DNA from: Vulcanimicrobiota bacterium | GTDB lineage: Bacteria > Vulcanimicrobiota > Vulcanimicrobiia > Vulcanimicrobiales > Vulcanimicrobiaceae | Direction of reading: 5' to 3' | DNA: 64,000 bases | Assembly: GCA_963786105.1 (NCBI GenBank) | Contig: CAWAXX010000014.1 | Coordinates: 128,001-192,000, forward strand | Shown here: positions 38,927 to 47,661 of the stretch, in pieces | Layout: the number at the start of each line of letters is the position of its first letter | Position numbering within the stretch: the stretch's first letter is position 1 | Program-made: the position numbers and the translations under genes | The notes under the pieces: generated by a model | Databases searched by the model: none | The model's input: the letters and a program-made list of their open reading frames with translations, nothing else | What the model was told of the DNA's origin: nothing

Positions 38927-39792
38927 GAGACGCCGCCCCTACTGGCGGCAGCGTAACTCGCAACCGTCGTCCCGAGGAAGATCAGCGAGAACGCCATGTT
39001 TGAGGCGAAGATCCGCTCGTTGAGCACGAACGCGTTTTCGGCGATGCGCAGCAGACGCTCTTCGTAGACCACCAGTGCCGCTGCCGCGAACACGCCCGCA
39101 TAGTAGATCCAGCCGGCGTGCGCGGTAAGTCCGGCTCCCGCCAACAGCCCAAGCATGAGCACGTGCAGCGCGATTGGCAGCACGTGTCCGCTAGTCTCTC
39201 CAAACCGCGCCGGTAGCGACTGAATCCCTTGCGCGCGATCGACCGAAAAATCCATCAGTGCGTAAATAATGTCGAATCCCGCCACCCATACGGTCACGGC
39301 AAGAAAGAGCAAGATCGCCGGCCACGTTACCGTTCCGGCGATGCCGATGAACGCGCCGAGCGGCGCGAGCGCGTCGACGGCTCCGAGCACGAAATGCGTC
39401 AACCACGTAAACCGTTTGCAAAGCGGGTAAACCAAAAGCCCGACGCCCGCAATCGGCAGGAGTTTCACGCACAGCGGGTTGAGCATCCAGGCCGCCCACA
39501 GCAGCACCAGCAAGCCGACGGCGATCGCGCACAGCATCGATGCCGGCGAAAGCGCGCCGCTGGCGACCGCGCGCCGGGAGGTACGCGGATTGCGCGCGTC
39601 GATGTCGCGATCGAGATAGCGATTGGCGGCCATGGCCGCCGTGCGCGCACCCAGCACGGCCAGCGTAATCCAAAACAAGGCGGGCCACGCGGGAAAGCCG
39701 CGCGCCGCGAGCACCGCGCCGACGTAGGCGAACGGTAAGGCGAAGAGCGTGTGCTCGATCCGAATTTCCTTGAGGAAGAGCGCGACTTTCAT
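38923..39792 (-). CDS. mqnP: UbiA-family prenyltransferase (MqnP-type, futalosine pathway)
   Basis: IEHTLFALPFAY, NRYLDRDIDARNPRT..R, KRFT, WVAGFDIIYA..D. Confidence 0.85.
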   Translation of the reverse strand: MKVALFLKEIRIEHTLFALPFAYVGAVLAARGFPAWPALFWITLAVLGARTAAMAANRYLDRDIDARNPRTSRRAVASGALSPASMLCAIAVGLLVLLWAAWMLNPLCVKLLPIAGVGLLVYPLCKRFTWLTHFVLGAVDALAPLGAFIGIAGTVTWPAILLFLAVTVWVAGFDIIYALMDFSVDRAQGIQSLPARFGETSGHVLPIALHVLMLGLLAGAGLTAHAGWIYYAGVFAAAALVVYEERLLRIAENAFVLNERIFASNMAFSLIFLGTTVASYAAASRGGVS

Positions 39793-41324
39793 CGTGCCGG
39801 CCCGCTCGGCGGCGTTGCCAAGAGCCGCGCGTAGGCGACCGGGCCTTGACCCGACCATTCGTCGGCTTGCAGCGCATTTGCGACGGCTTCGAGTCCGTAT
39901 TCACGCCAGCGTTTGCTCACCATCGACCGTACGCTCGGGTCCATGATCATGTCGGGCGGCCATTCGCGCACGTAGCCTTCGGCGGCGGTCTTGCGAGTGG
40001 CGTCCACGCCGATCTTCGTGCCGTAGGCGACCGCGTACGAGCCGTGGTCGAGGTCGTCGACCGGACCCGGCATCATCACCACGTCGCGATCGGGTGCGAG
40101 ATTGTTGAGAACGAACCAGGCTACGGTTCGGCAGTCTTGCACGTCCACGTCGGCATCGACGATCACCAGGACGCGCGTCAGCATCATCATATGTCCCAGG
40201 CCCCAGAGCGCGCTCATCACTTTTTTGGCGTGGCCAGGATACGACTTTCGAATCGAGACGATCGCGAGATTGTGAAAGCCGCCTTCGACCGGAAGATTCA
40301 TGTCGACGACTTCGGGAAGCAGGAGTTGCAGCAACGGCAAGAAGAGACGCTCGGTGGCTTTCCCCAGCCAGGCGTCTTCCATCGGCGGTTTCCCGACGAC
40401 CGTGGCGGCGTAGATCGGATTGCGGCGATGGGTGATGCAGGTGACGTGAAAGGTTGGATAGGTGTCGGCAGGACTGTATACGCCCGTGTGATCGCCGAAC
40501 GGGCCTTCCGTTCGCAGATCCGTGTTGTCGACGTAGCCTTCAAGTACGAACTCCGCTTCGGCCGGTACGAGAAGGTCGACGGTTCGTGCCCGGACCAGTT
40601 CGACCGGCCGGCCGCGCAGCAATCCCGCGAAGGCGTACTCGTCGAGCAGCGGAGGCAAAGGTGCGGTGGCGGCATACGTTAAGACCGGTTCGGTTCCGAT
40701 CGCAACCGCTACCGGAATCTTCTCGCCCCACGCGGCCGCATGGGCGCGTCCGTGTTTGTGGCGTTGCCAGTGCATCGCCGTCTCGCGCCCGTTGTACACC
40801 TGCATGCGATACATGCCGACGTTTTGGCGTCCGGTGCGCGGATCTTTGGTGATGACGAGCGGAAGCGTGATGAACGGGCCTCCGTCGAGCGGCCACGTCG
40901 TCATCACCGGAAGCTTGGTGAGATCGGGTTCGCGCATGACGACGTCGTGCACGGCCGCGCTGCCGACGATTTTCGGCGCCGCATTGGCGAGTGGTGCAAG
41001 CTGCATCAGCGCGCCGATCTTATCGGTGAGCGAGGATCCGGGTGGACTCACGTTCACGAGTTTGCGTACGCGGGCGGAGGCTTCGCCCAAATCGGCCGCA
41101 TCCAGCGCGAGAGCCATGCGACGGTGAGTTCCGAATTGATTGGTGAGCACCGGAAACTTCGACCCATCGACGCGGGTGAAGAGCAAAGCCGGTCCGCCCG
41201 CTTTCACGACGCGATCGGTAATTTCGGCGATTTCGAGGTAGGGGTCGACCCGCGCCGCGATCGTGTGAAGCTCGCCGGCTTTGCGCAGCGTATCGACGAA
41301 CGCGCGCAGGGACGAAAACGGCAT
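39789..41324 (-). CDS. mqnL: UbiD-family menaquinone biosynthesis decarboxylase (MqnL-type)
   Basis: NVGMYRMQ, MHWQRHK, EGPFGDHTG.Y, GKPPMED, KSYPGHAKKVM..LWG.G. Confidence 0.88.
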   Translation of the reverse strand: MPFSSLRAFVDTLRKAGELHTIAARVDPYLEIAEITDRVVKAGGPALLFTRVDGSKFPVLTNQFGTHRRMALALDAADLGEASARVRKLVNVSPPGSSLTDKIGALMQLAPLANAAPKIVGSAAVHDVVMREPDLTKLPVMTTWPLDGGPFITLPLVITKDPRTGRQNVGMYRMQVYNGRETAMHWQRHKHGRAHAAAWGEKIPVAVAIGTEPVLTYAATAPLPPLLDEYAFAGLLRGRPVELVRARTVDLLVPAEAEFVLEGYVDNTDLRTEGPFGDHTGVYSPADTYPTFHVTCITHRRNPIYAATVVGKPPMEDAWLGKATERLFLPLLQLLLPEVVDMNLPVEGGFHNLAIVSIRKSYPGHAKKVMSALWGLGHMMMLTRVLVIVDADVDVQDCRTVAWFVLNNLAPDRDVVMMPGPVDDLDHGSYAVAYGTKIGVDATRKTAAEGYVREWPPDMIMDPSVRSMVSKRWREYGLEAVANALQADEWSGQGPVAYARLLATPPSGPAR

Positions 41325-41401
41325 GACGGGGTCTCTTAGAGGAAGCCGCCAGCGCCCCTGTTCGTGCCTGGGTTCCTGAGCGTCCGATGTGCGCCGCGTT
41401 C

Positions 41402-42325
41402 CTACGCGCCGGCGTGCTCGGGAATGGATGCGACGAAACGCGCACCACCCTGGCTGGTCTGCGCGATCGTCACCGTGCCGGCGTGCGCTTTCGCGATCCA
41501 GCCTACGATCGCTAGTCCCAAGCCCGTGCCGCCGCCGTCGTCCGTCCGCCGGTAAAAGCGTTGGAACACCCGCTCGCGATCTTCCGCCGGGATTCCGTCG
41601 CCGTCGTCTTCGACGACGATCTCGCAGGTGCGGCCGTTACGCTGCGAAGCGATCCGCACGGACGCGTGCGCGTGCCGCACCGCGTTTTCGAGGAGGTTTC
41701 GCACGAGTTCCCGCAGCCGCCGTTCGTCGCCGTCTACGATTGCGCTAACCGGCGAGCATTGCACGGTCACGCCGCGGGCGGCGGCGACGCCGGCGACGTC
41801 GCGCGCGCAACGCGCGACGACGGCTGCCAGATCGACGGGCTCGCACTGCAGCACGCCGTGACCGGGATCGCGTGCGAGCGTCAGGAGATCCGCGACGATC
41901 TCCGATGTGTCGAGGGCGTTCGCGGCAATCGCTTCGAACGCTGCGCGGCTTTCAGTCGACGCGGTCGATCGTGCGGCCTGGGCGATTGCGGCAATGGCCG
42001 CCAACGGAGAACGCAACTCGTGCGCGACGTCCGCGGCAAAAATCCGCTCGCGCTCGCGGGCCGCGAAAATCGGAGCCAGCGTTGCACGTGCCAGGGCATA
42101 CGAAGCGGCACCGAAGGCGACGACCAACGGAACGTCGAGCAGGAGAATCGTGAGCACGACGCGGCGCATGGCCGCCGACATGGCGATCGCGCCTTCGGGC
42201 GTTTCCAGCGCGGGCTGCAAAAGCGAAGCGTATTCGCGCATCACGAAGGCATACGCGCCGACGTCGAGGGCGAGCAGAACGCAGATGAAAATTAAGAGAT
42301 AGAGTGCCGACGTCCGCGCAATCAA
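41402..42325 (-). CDS. Two-component sensor histidine kinase (2 TM, very short periplasmic loop)
   Basis: FAADVAHELRSPL H-box, NLLENAVRH, DDGDGI, FQRFYR, GTGLGL; TTGA overlap with the RR stop. Confidence 0.9.
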   Translation of the reverse strand: MIARTSALYLLIFICVLLALDVGAYAFVMREYASLLQPALETPEGAIAMSAAMRRVVLTILLLDVPLVVAFGAASYALARATLAPIFAARERERIFAADVAHELRSPLAAIAAIAQAARSTASTESRAAFEAIAANALDTSEIVADLLTLARDPGHGVLQCEPVDLAAVVARCARDVAGVAAARGVTVQCSPVSAIVDGDERRLRELVRNLLENAVRHAHASVRIASQRNGRTCEIVVEDDGDGIPAEDRERVFQRFYRRTDDGGGTGLGLAIVGWIAKAHAGTVTIAQTSQGGARFVASIPEHAGA

Positions 42326-42990
42326 TTTCGCAAACGATACCCTACGCCCCAAACGGTTTCGATGACGCCTTCGGCTCCGAGTTTCTTGAGCTTTCTGCGG
42401 AGCTGGCTGACGTACACGTCTACGATGTTGCTGGAACCGTCGAAATCGTAGTCCCAGATGCGCTCGAGAATCTGCGCGCGCGAGAGCGCGATGCCGGCGT
42501 TGCGAGCGAACAGCTCGAGCAACCGGAATTCGGTCGCGCCGAGATCGAGTGCTTTGCGGTCGTAGTTCGCGGAGCGGGCGCCGACGTCGACGTGTAGACG
42601 GTCGACGTCGATGACCGTAACCACGGGCCGCTCGGCCCGGCGCAGGATCGCACGCAGTCTGGCGATGAGCTCGTTTTCCACGAACGGCTTGACGAGATAG
42701 TCGTCGGCACCGCAATCCAGGCCGGCTACCCGATCTTCGACGGCGTCGCGTGCCGTCAGCATGAGGATCGGCGTGCGCACGCCTTCGGCCCGTGCGTTCC
42801 GGGCGACCGCAAAGCCGTCCATTCCCGGAAGCCCGACATCGACGATGGCGGCATCGTAGGCCTGGCCGAGCAGATGGTCGAGCCCGGCCCTGCCGTCCGT
42901 GACGATATTGGCGGCGAACTTCTGCGCTTCGAGCATCGTGCGGACGGCTCGGGCAATGGGCAGATTGTCTTCAACCACCAAGATTCGCAT
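42322..42990 (-). CDS. OmpR/PhoB-family response regulator
   Basis: VVED, D phosphoacceptor (IVDVGLPGMDG), LTAR, GADDYLVKPF, IETVWGVGY; AAGGAG RBS. Confidence 0.95.
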   Translation of the reverse strand: MRILVVEDNLPIARAVRTMLEAQKFAANIVTDGRAGLDHLLGQAYDAAIVDVGLPGMDGFAVARNARAEGVRTPILMLTARDAVEDRVAGLDCGADDYLVKPFVENELIARLRAILRRAERPVVTVIDVDRLHVDVGARSANYDRKALDLGATEFRLLELFARNAGIALSRAQILERIWDYDFDGSSNIVDVYVSQLRRKLKKLGAEGVIETVWGVGYRLRN

Positions 42991-43010
42991 GATGCTCCTT
43001 AATTGCTACG

Positions 43011-44153
43011 TCAGTATTTCCACGGACCAGGAAAAGCTACTGTCACCGCGCCTCCGAGATTCGGATGTTGCCCGGGCGCCCCGATCGGAGCGACCTCCTG
43101 CAGCAGAAACCGGAACGGAGCGATCATCACCGCGCCATAGTAGGTAAAATCGCGGGTGACGAACGGATTGGCGAAGGCATCGTACCGAACGGCGAGATAC
43201 GCGTGCGGAATGGGATAGAATTTGAAGCGGGCGTACCCTCCGCTCGACGTTTGGTTGGTACCGAAACCGTCGGCGTTGCTGTCGTCTCCCCACCACTGCT
43301 CGGCCTGAAGGTCGAACTTGCCGAGCGTCGCGTGGGCTAGCAGCCCATAACGCTGGTACGCGTCGTTGAAGGCATCGCGACCGACCGGCAAAATATGGCG
43401 CACGCCTTCGAGGGCCTCGCCGCCGGCATCGAACTCGATGTTGCCTTTCGAGTAGAGACCTTGGTTGAGCCAAAGTCCAACCTCGGGCGTCGAAACGTAC
43501 GTCGTCTCACCGGTGTCCACCGGCTTGCCTCCGTAAGGCGCGCCCTGGAAGTCACCCACAGCAAAAGTAAGATTGGCGACCAGATTCCCGATCGTGCGCT
43601 GGTCCCATACGCCCCACCGCGGCGACGATAGCGGCAAGTCGTTAAGGCCGACGTGAGCGCCGTAGTAGCCGTACTGCTGAAGGTCGTCGAGGCGCTCGCC
43701 CGGCGACTGCAATAGCGGGAGCTCGAACAGGCCGAGCCGGTACTCGGACTTCGTGTGTGCGTTGTAGTCGGTGAGAAAACCAAGATACAGCGCGCTGGGA
43801 CCGCCGCCGGCGCCGAGGCTGTAGTGCATGTATAGCGAGATGTTTCCGACGTCGGCGTTTCCGAGCACGATGCCGCCCGGCGTCCAGCGGCGCGTGCCGG
43901 CAGCCGGATCTTGCGAATACGACATCTGATAGCGGATCGCAAACATCGTCGTCCCATGGCGCTCGATCGGCAGGCGATAGCCGTGCATGCGGAAGTAGTT
44001 TCCGAATCCGTTGAGCTCGGGAAGAACGCTGTGACAGGCTCCGCAGTGCAGGCGATACCGCTGCGCGAAGATCGGAATCGCTCGCGCGGGCGCCGGATGC
44101 ACCGCGAGAAAGAGTATCGCCGCGGCGAGCGCGGCGACGGCGTTATTGCGCAA
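43011..44153 (-). CDS. Cyc2-like monoheme cytochrome c / outer-membrane beta-barrel fusion
   Basis: GAGGAG plus TTG; signal ending ARA; IPIFAQRY…CGACH…PELNGFG..F…GY; remainder made of amphipathic aromatic-rich beta-strands. Confidence 0.75.
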   Translation of the reverse strand: MRNNAVAALAAAILFLAVHPAPARAIPIFAQRYRLHCGACHSVLPELNGFGNYFRMHGYRLPIERHGTTMFAIRYQMSYSQDPAAGTRRWTPGGIVLGNADVGNISLYMHYSLGAGGGPSALYLGFLTDYNAHTKSEYRLGLFELPLLQSPGERLDDLQQYGYYGAHVGLNDLPLSSPRWGVWDQRTIGNLVANLTFAVGDFQGAPYGGKPVDTGETTYVSTPEVGLWLNQGLYSKGNIEFDAGGEALEGVRHILPVGRDAFNDAYQRYGLLAHATLGKFDLQAEQWWGDDSNADGFGTNQTSSGGYARFKFYPIPHAYLAVRYDAFANPFVTRDFTYYGAVMIAPFRFLLQEVAPIGAPGQHPNLGGAVTVAFPGPWKY

Positions 44154-44634
44154 CGATCGCTCCTCGCATAGGTGCGCCATAGTGGAAATAGCAGCCAAAC
44201 AGGTACGTGCCGGGCTTGTCGGCCTTCACGGTCTGAGATGACGATCCGGCCTGCATGGCGCCGCTGGTCCATCCGCCCGACAGCGTCGTGCCGGTTTGGC
44301 TCAGCGCCTTTTGACCAAACGGCGAACCCGCCGGAAACTTTGTCTCGTTATTGCTCTGCCCCGGTGTAATCGAGGTCGAGGTGTGCGCGAAACCGTCGCT
44401 ATTTGTGAACGTCACGGTGTCGCCCACTTTGACCGTCGTGACCGGCGGCTTCATGCCGCCGCTCTCGCCATATGGCGTTTGAACGGGCAAATTCAGCGTC
44501 AGGTTGACGTCGACCAGGTGGTTCGTCCCGCCGCCCCCTCCGCCGGAGCCACCGGCGTCGCCGATACCGTTGGGCGTGCACGCGGTTGCGACGAAAGCCA
44601 TGACGACGAGTGACGTGCGAGCGTAGGCGATCAC
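44143..44634 (-). CDS. Cupredoxin (plastocyanin/azurin-like) lipoprotein
   Basis: Lipobox VATAC; VKVGDTVTFTN…AHT; C-Y-F-H-Y-G-A-P-M gives H/C/H/M type-1 Cu ligands. Confidence 0.85.
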   Translation of the reverse strand: MIAYARTSLVVMAFVATACTPNGIGDAGGSGGGGGGTNHLVDVNLTLNLPVQTPYGESGGMKPPVTTVKVGDTVTFTNSDGFAHTSTSITPGQSNNETKFPAGSPFGQKALSQTGTTLSGGWTSGAMQAGSSSQTVKADKPGTYLFGCYFHYGAPMRGAIVAQ

Positions 44635-45194
44635 CAGCCTGACCCCGGTTTCATTGCACGAGCTTCGTCGACGATATCGCCGCTGAGGTTGGTCGAAGCG
44701 AGCATGGTTTTTTCGAGCTTTCCGGTGGAATCGAGGACGTAGACGAACGTGGAATGCGCCTCGCGATAGCCGCTTTTGCCGGGCCGTGCGATGACGCCGT
44801 ACGCGCTCAGGATCGCATCGACGTCATCGCGTCGTCCACTAGCTAGCAGCCAATACTTGGGATTCGCGCCGAAGCGCTTTGCCAACGAGGCCATCAGGCT
44901 GGGCGGATCGTGTTCCGGGTCGAGCGTGATCGTCAGCAGTCGCGTAGGGAGACCCTGACGAGCGATCTCCGTCGCGGCATTCGAGAACTGCGCGTTGACC
45001 AACGGACACGCGTCCGTGCAGTGCGCCGAGATGAAGGTCACGATCAGCGGGCGGCCGCGCAACGACGCCAGCGTAAAGGTGTGCCCGGTTTGATCGACCA
45101 GCTGAGGTGACGCCGGCACTGCAATCGCCGGAGCGGATTGCAGTGCGGCGGCGAGGACAAGGGCGGTCGCCGAGGCGATAGTGCGCGTCGACAC
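44631..45194 (-). CDS. SCO/SenC-family copper chaperone
   Basis: LVDQ.G, CTDACP (CxxxC), ITLDPEHD, conserved His in AHSTFVYVLD. Confidence 0.9.
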   Translation of the reverse strand: MSTRTIASATALVLAAALQSAPAIAVPASPQLVDQTGHTFTLASLRGRPLIVTFISAHCTDACPLVNAQFSNAATEIARQGLPTRLLTITLDPEHDPPSLMASLAKRFGANPKYWLLASGRRDDVDAILSAYGVIARPGKSGYREAHSTFVYVLDSTGKLEKTMLASTNLSGDIVDEARAMKPGSGW

Positions 45195-45196
45195 GT

Positions 45197-45772
45197 TTAG
45201 TGAATGAACGTCGGGCCTGGCGTCGCGTGAGCGGCCACGCGGATGACGTCTTGCATTCCCTCGTGGTAGTGGAACGCGCAACCGATGAGGTAGTTCCCTC
45301 TATGGGAGAGCGTTACGCTCACCGATTTTCCCGGCAATATACGGCCGCTTGCATACCCTATGCCGAGCTGGCCGTTGCCCATTGGCGTTGTCGGCAAGCT
45401 TGGATTTTGCGGGAACTTAGCCGGCGGCCCCTTGACCTTTTTGACCACGTTGAGCGTATGCGTTATGGAACCCGAGAGGTTCGTGATGGTTACGACCGTG
45501 TTGGGCGGAAATGCGAGCACCTGCGCCGTGGTCGTCTGCGTGAATCCGCCGACCAGGCCCCAGGTCGGGTCGGTTTTCGTGTGCACGCCTTCGCTAGGAA
45601 GTTCTTCGCCGATGGTCTTAGCCGGCAGCGTGAAGTGCAGGGCCGTGTCGGGACCGAGCGATTGAACGAACGTCGTGCCCGCGCCGGCGTTCGTGGGTAC
45701 GCTGCCGCCGCCACCGCACGCCGTGAGCGCGCAGGCGATCGCTATCAACGTAACGCCACCGTATTTTTTCAT
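45197..45772 (-). CDS. Cupredoxin-like lipoprotein
   Basis: GAGGAG RBS; lipobox LTAC; THTLNV; GCAFHYHEGM (C-x2-H-x4-M). Confidence 0.8.
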   Translation of the reverse strand: MKKYGGVTLIAIACALTACGGGGSVPTNAGAGTTFVQSLGPDTALHFTLPAKTIGEELPSEGVHTKTDPTWGLVGGFTQTTTAQVLAFPPNTVVTITNLSGSITHTLNVVKKVKGPPAKFPQNPSLPTTPMGNGQLGIGYASGRILPGKSVSVTLSHRGNYLIGCAFHYHEGMQDVIRVAAHATPGPTFIH

Positions 45773-45817
45773 AGGTGATTGATCTCCTCAAACAGTTCGG
45801 ATGGGGTTGATGAGGCG

Positions 45818-45850
45818 ACGGTAGCAAGCGTGAATGAAGAAAGTATAAAG
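45818..45850 (-). promoter_or_regulatory. OmpR/PhoB-type tandem box plus -10 element
   Basis: Minus strand: CTTTAT-N5-CTTCAT (45850-45834), 10 nt, TACCGT (45823-45818). Confidence 0.6.
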
Positions 45851-45867
45851 CGCGCGTGCAGAGTGCC

Positions 45868-46506
45868 TTAATAGCGGTAGCCGGTAGGACTCGGCCCCGT
45901 CGACGGCGTCGACGTCGGATCCGGAGGGGCGGTTCCCTCTGGTCCGGGTTTGGCGCCCTTTTCCACCTTAAAGATGTCCTTCATGCCTTCGTGATAGTGG
46001 AAGGCACAGCCGATCAAGTAGATGCCGACCTTCGAAAGCGTTATCGTCACCGATTTGTTCGGTTGCAAAATGCCGCTGCGGTATCCCAGTGCAAGGATTC
46101 CGTGCCCGGCCGGGGTGGTCTTGAGCGTCGGGTTCTTGGGAAAGTTCGCGGGCGGTCCCTTGATGGATCCGAGAACGTTGAGCGTATGCGGAGTCGAACC
46201 CGAGAGATTGCGCAGCGTGATTTTCGTTCCGGGGGGAAATCCAAGCGTCTGCGACAATCGCGTTTGGGTGAATCCGCCGATCGTGACCTTCCAGAAAATC
46301 GATTTATAGGTTCCAAGGCCAGCGCTGGGAAGTTTCTCCCCGACGGTATTTTTGGGTAGCGTGGCCGTAGCGGCCATATCGGGTGCCAGAGGCGGGAGCG
46401 CCACCTGGTTGCTTGCCGGAATGACGCTGCCGCCGCCGCGGTTCGCGCACGCGACCAAGATTCCAGCGGCGATGACGACCGCGAATGCCAGGTGCTTCTT
46501 GGGCAT
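45868..46506 (-). CDS. Cupredoxin-like lipoprotein, paralog of 45197-45772
   Basis: AGGAGG RBS; lipobox LVAC; PHTLNV; GCAFHYHEGM. Confidence 0.8.
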   Translation of the reverse strand: MPKKHLAFAVVIAAGILVACANRGGGSVIPASNQVALPPLAPDMAATATLPKNTVGEKLPSAGLGTYKSIFWKVTIGGFTQTRLSQTLGFPPGTKITLRNLSGSTPHTLNVLGSIKGPPANFPKNPTLKTTPAGHGILALGYRSGILQPNKSVTITLSKVGIYLIGCAFHYHEGMKDIFKVEKGAKPGPEGTAPPDPTSTPSTGPSPTGYRY

Positions 46507-46532
46507 AGTGTTCCTCCTAGTTGTGTCGCTCA

Positions 46533-46565
46533 AGGCTAGAACGATGAGATGAATAATCCTTAAAT
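46533..46565 (-). promoter_or_regulatory. OmpR/PhoB-type tandem box plus -10 element
   Basis: Minus strand: ATTTAA-N5-ATTCAT (46565-46549), 10 nt, TAGCCT (46538-46533). Confidence 0.6.
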
Positions 46566-47366
46566 CGTGATGGAATCGCGCATCGCCGCGGCGATATTTT
46601 GCAGCGCCGGGTCGGCGGTGTTCCGAGAGGCCTGAGCGAACGCGTCGCGGGCTTCGGCGCGCCGGCCCTCCTTCAAGAGGACGGCTCCCAGCGCCACCTG
46701 CGCCCGGGCGTAGGTTGGGGCTAAGGCTAGGGCCGTGCGGAGTTCGCGTTCGGCGGCATCGTAGCGTCCGAGGCGCTCTTCGGCCAGGGCCAGGTTGTAG
46801 TGCGCCACCGCATAGGCTGGATTGGCATGGAGCAGCTTGCCGAAATCCTCACGCGCGATTCGAGCGTCTCCGCCCTGTAGCGCGACGATTCCGCGCGAAT
46901 ACAACGCGCGAGCGGAATCCGGGTCGAGCGCGACGTACCGGTCGGCGACGGCCCGCGCTTCGCGCAGGTCGCCGCGAGCAAGATCGACCGAGACGAGGTT
47001 CGCCATGGCGGCCAGGAAGGCGGGATCCAGGACGAGCGCAGCCCGCAAACTCTTGGCGGCTTCGTCGTTGCGCCCGAGGTTGGCATAGGCAATGGCCAAG
47101 TCGTACTGTGCGGTCGATCCTTTTGGTTCGGGAGGGTTGAGGGCGATGATCCTGGCGAACTCGGCAGCGGCTTCCTGGTAGTTGCCCCGCGCTTCCGCGT
47201 CGAGCCCAATCCGAAAGCGCTCTTCGATCTCTCGTCCGATCGCCAGATCGCGCAAGGCGGGAACCGACGTCGTACGTGGGGCCGGCGTGCGCAGCGGATA
47301 GGTTTGGCACAGTCCGGCCGCGGCCGTCAGGGCGGCAAAGAGAACGCCGAGGAGGGCGACCCGCAT
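46560..47366 (-). CDS. Secreted TPR-repeat protein
   Basis: Signal peptide; about 6 TPR repeats (YDLA.AY..LG, HYNLA.A…LG). Confidence 0.88.
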   Translation of the reverse strand: MRVALLGVLFAALTAAAGLCQTYPLRTPAPRTTSVPALRDLAIGREIEERFRIGLDAEARGNYQEAAAEFARIIALNPPEPKGSTAQYDLAIAYANLGRNDEAAKSLRAALVLDPAFLAAMANLVSVDLARGDLREARAVADRYVALDPDSARALYSRGIVALQGGDARIAREDFGKLLHANPAYAVAHYNLALAEERLGRYDAAERELRTALALAPTYARAQVALGAVLLKEGRRAEARDAFAQASRNTADPALQNIAAAMRDSITI

Positions 47367-47369
47367 ACC

Positions 47370-47627
47370 CTACGGAGCTTCTGGGCCGGCTGGCAGTTCC
47401 GCGGCGCGCCATTGCTGGGCGCTCGCAGCGTGCTCTGGCTTACAGTCCCAACCCTTCCGCCCGGCCGACGTAATCGGTCCGAACAGGGGTGCGGGTCCGG
47501 ATGCAATCAACTGGCCGGCGAGCAAGTCCTCCAGCGAGGCCGTGTTGGCCAGCGCCGCCGCCCCGCAACACAGCGAGCCGGCCAGAAGCCCGGCGGCTAG
47601 TATCCGCGAGAAAAGGGCGCTTGACAT
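47370..47627 (-). CDS. Small secreted hypothetical protein
   Basis: Signal peptide ending ALA; TATAAT 8 nt upstream of ATG; stop 3 nt before the TPR start. Confidence 0.55.
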   Translation of the reverse strand: MSSALFSRILAAGLLAGSLCCGAAALANTASLEDLLAGQLIASGPAPLFGPITSAGRKGWDCKPEHAASAQQWRAAELPAGPEAP

Positions 47628-47661
47628 CAACTTCAATTATAGCCGAATGTCTAAGGAATCC

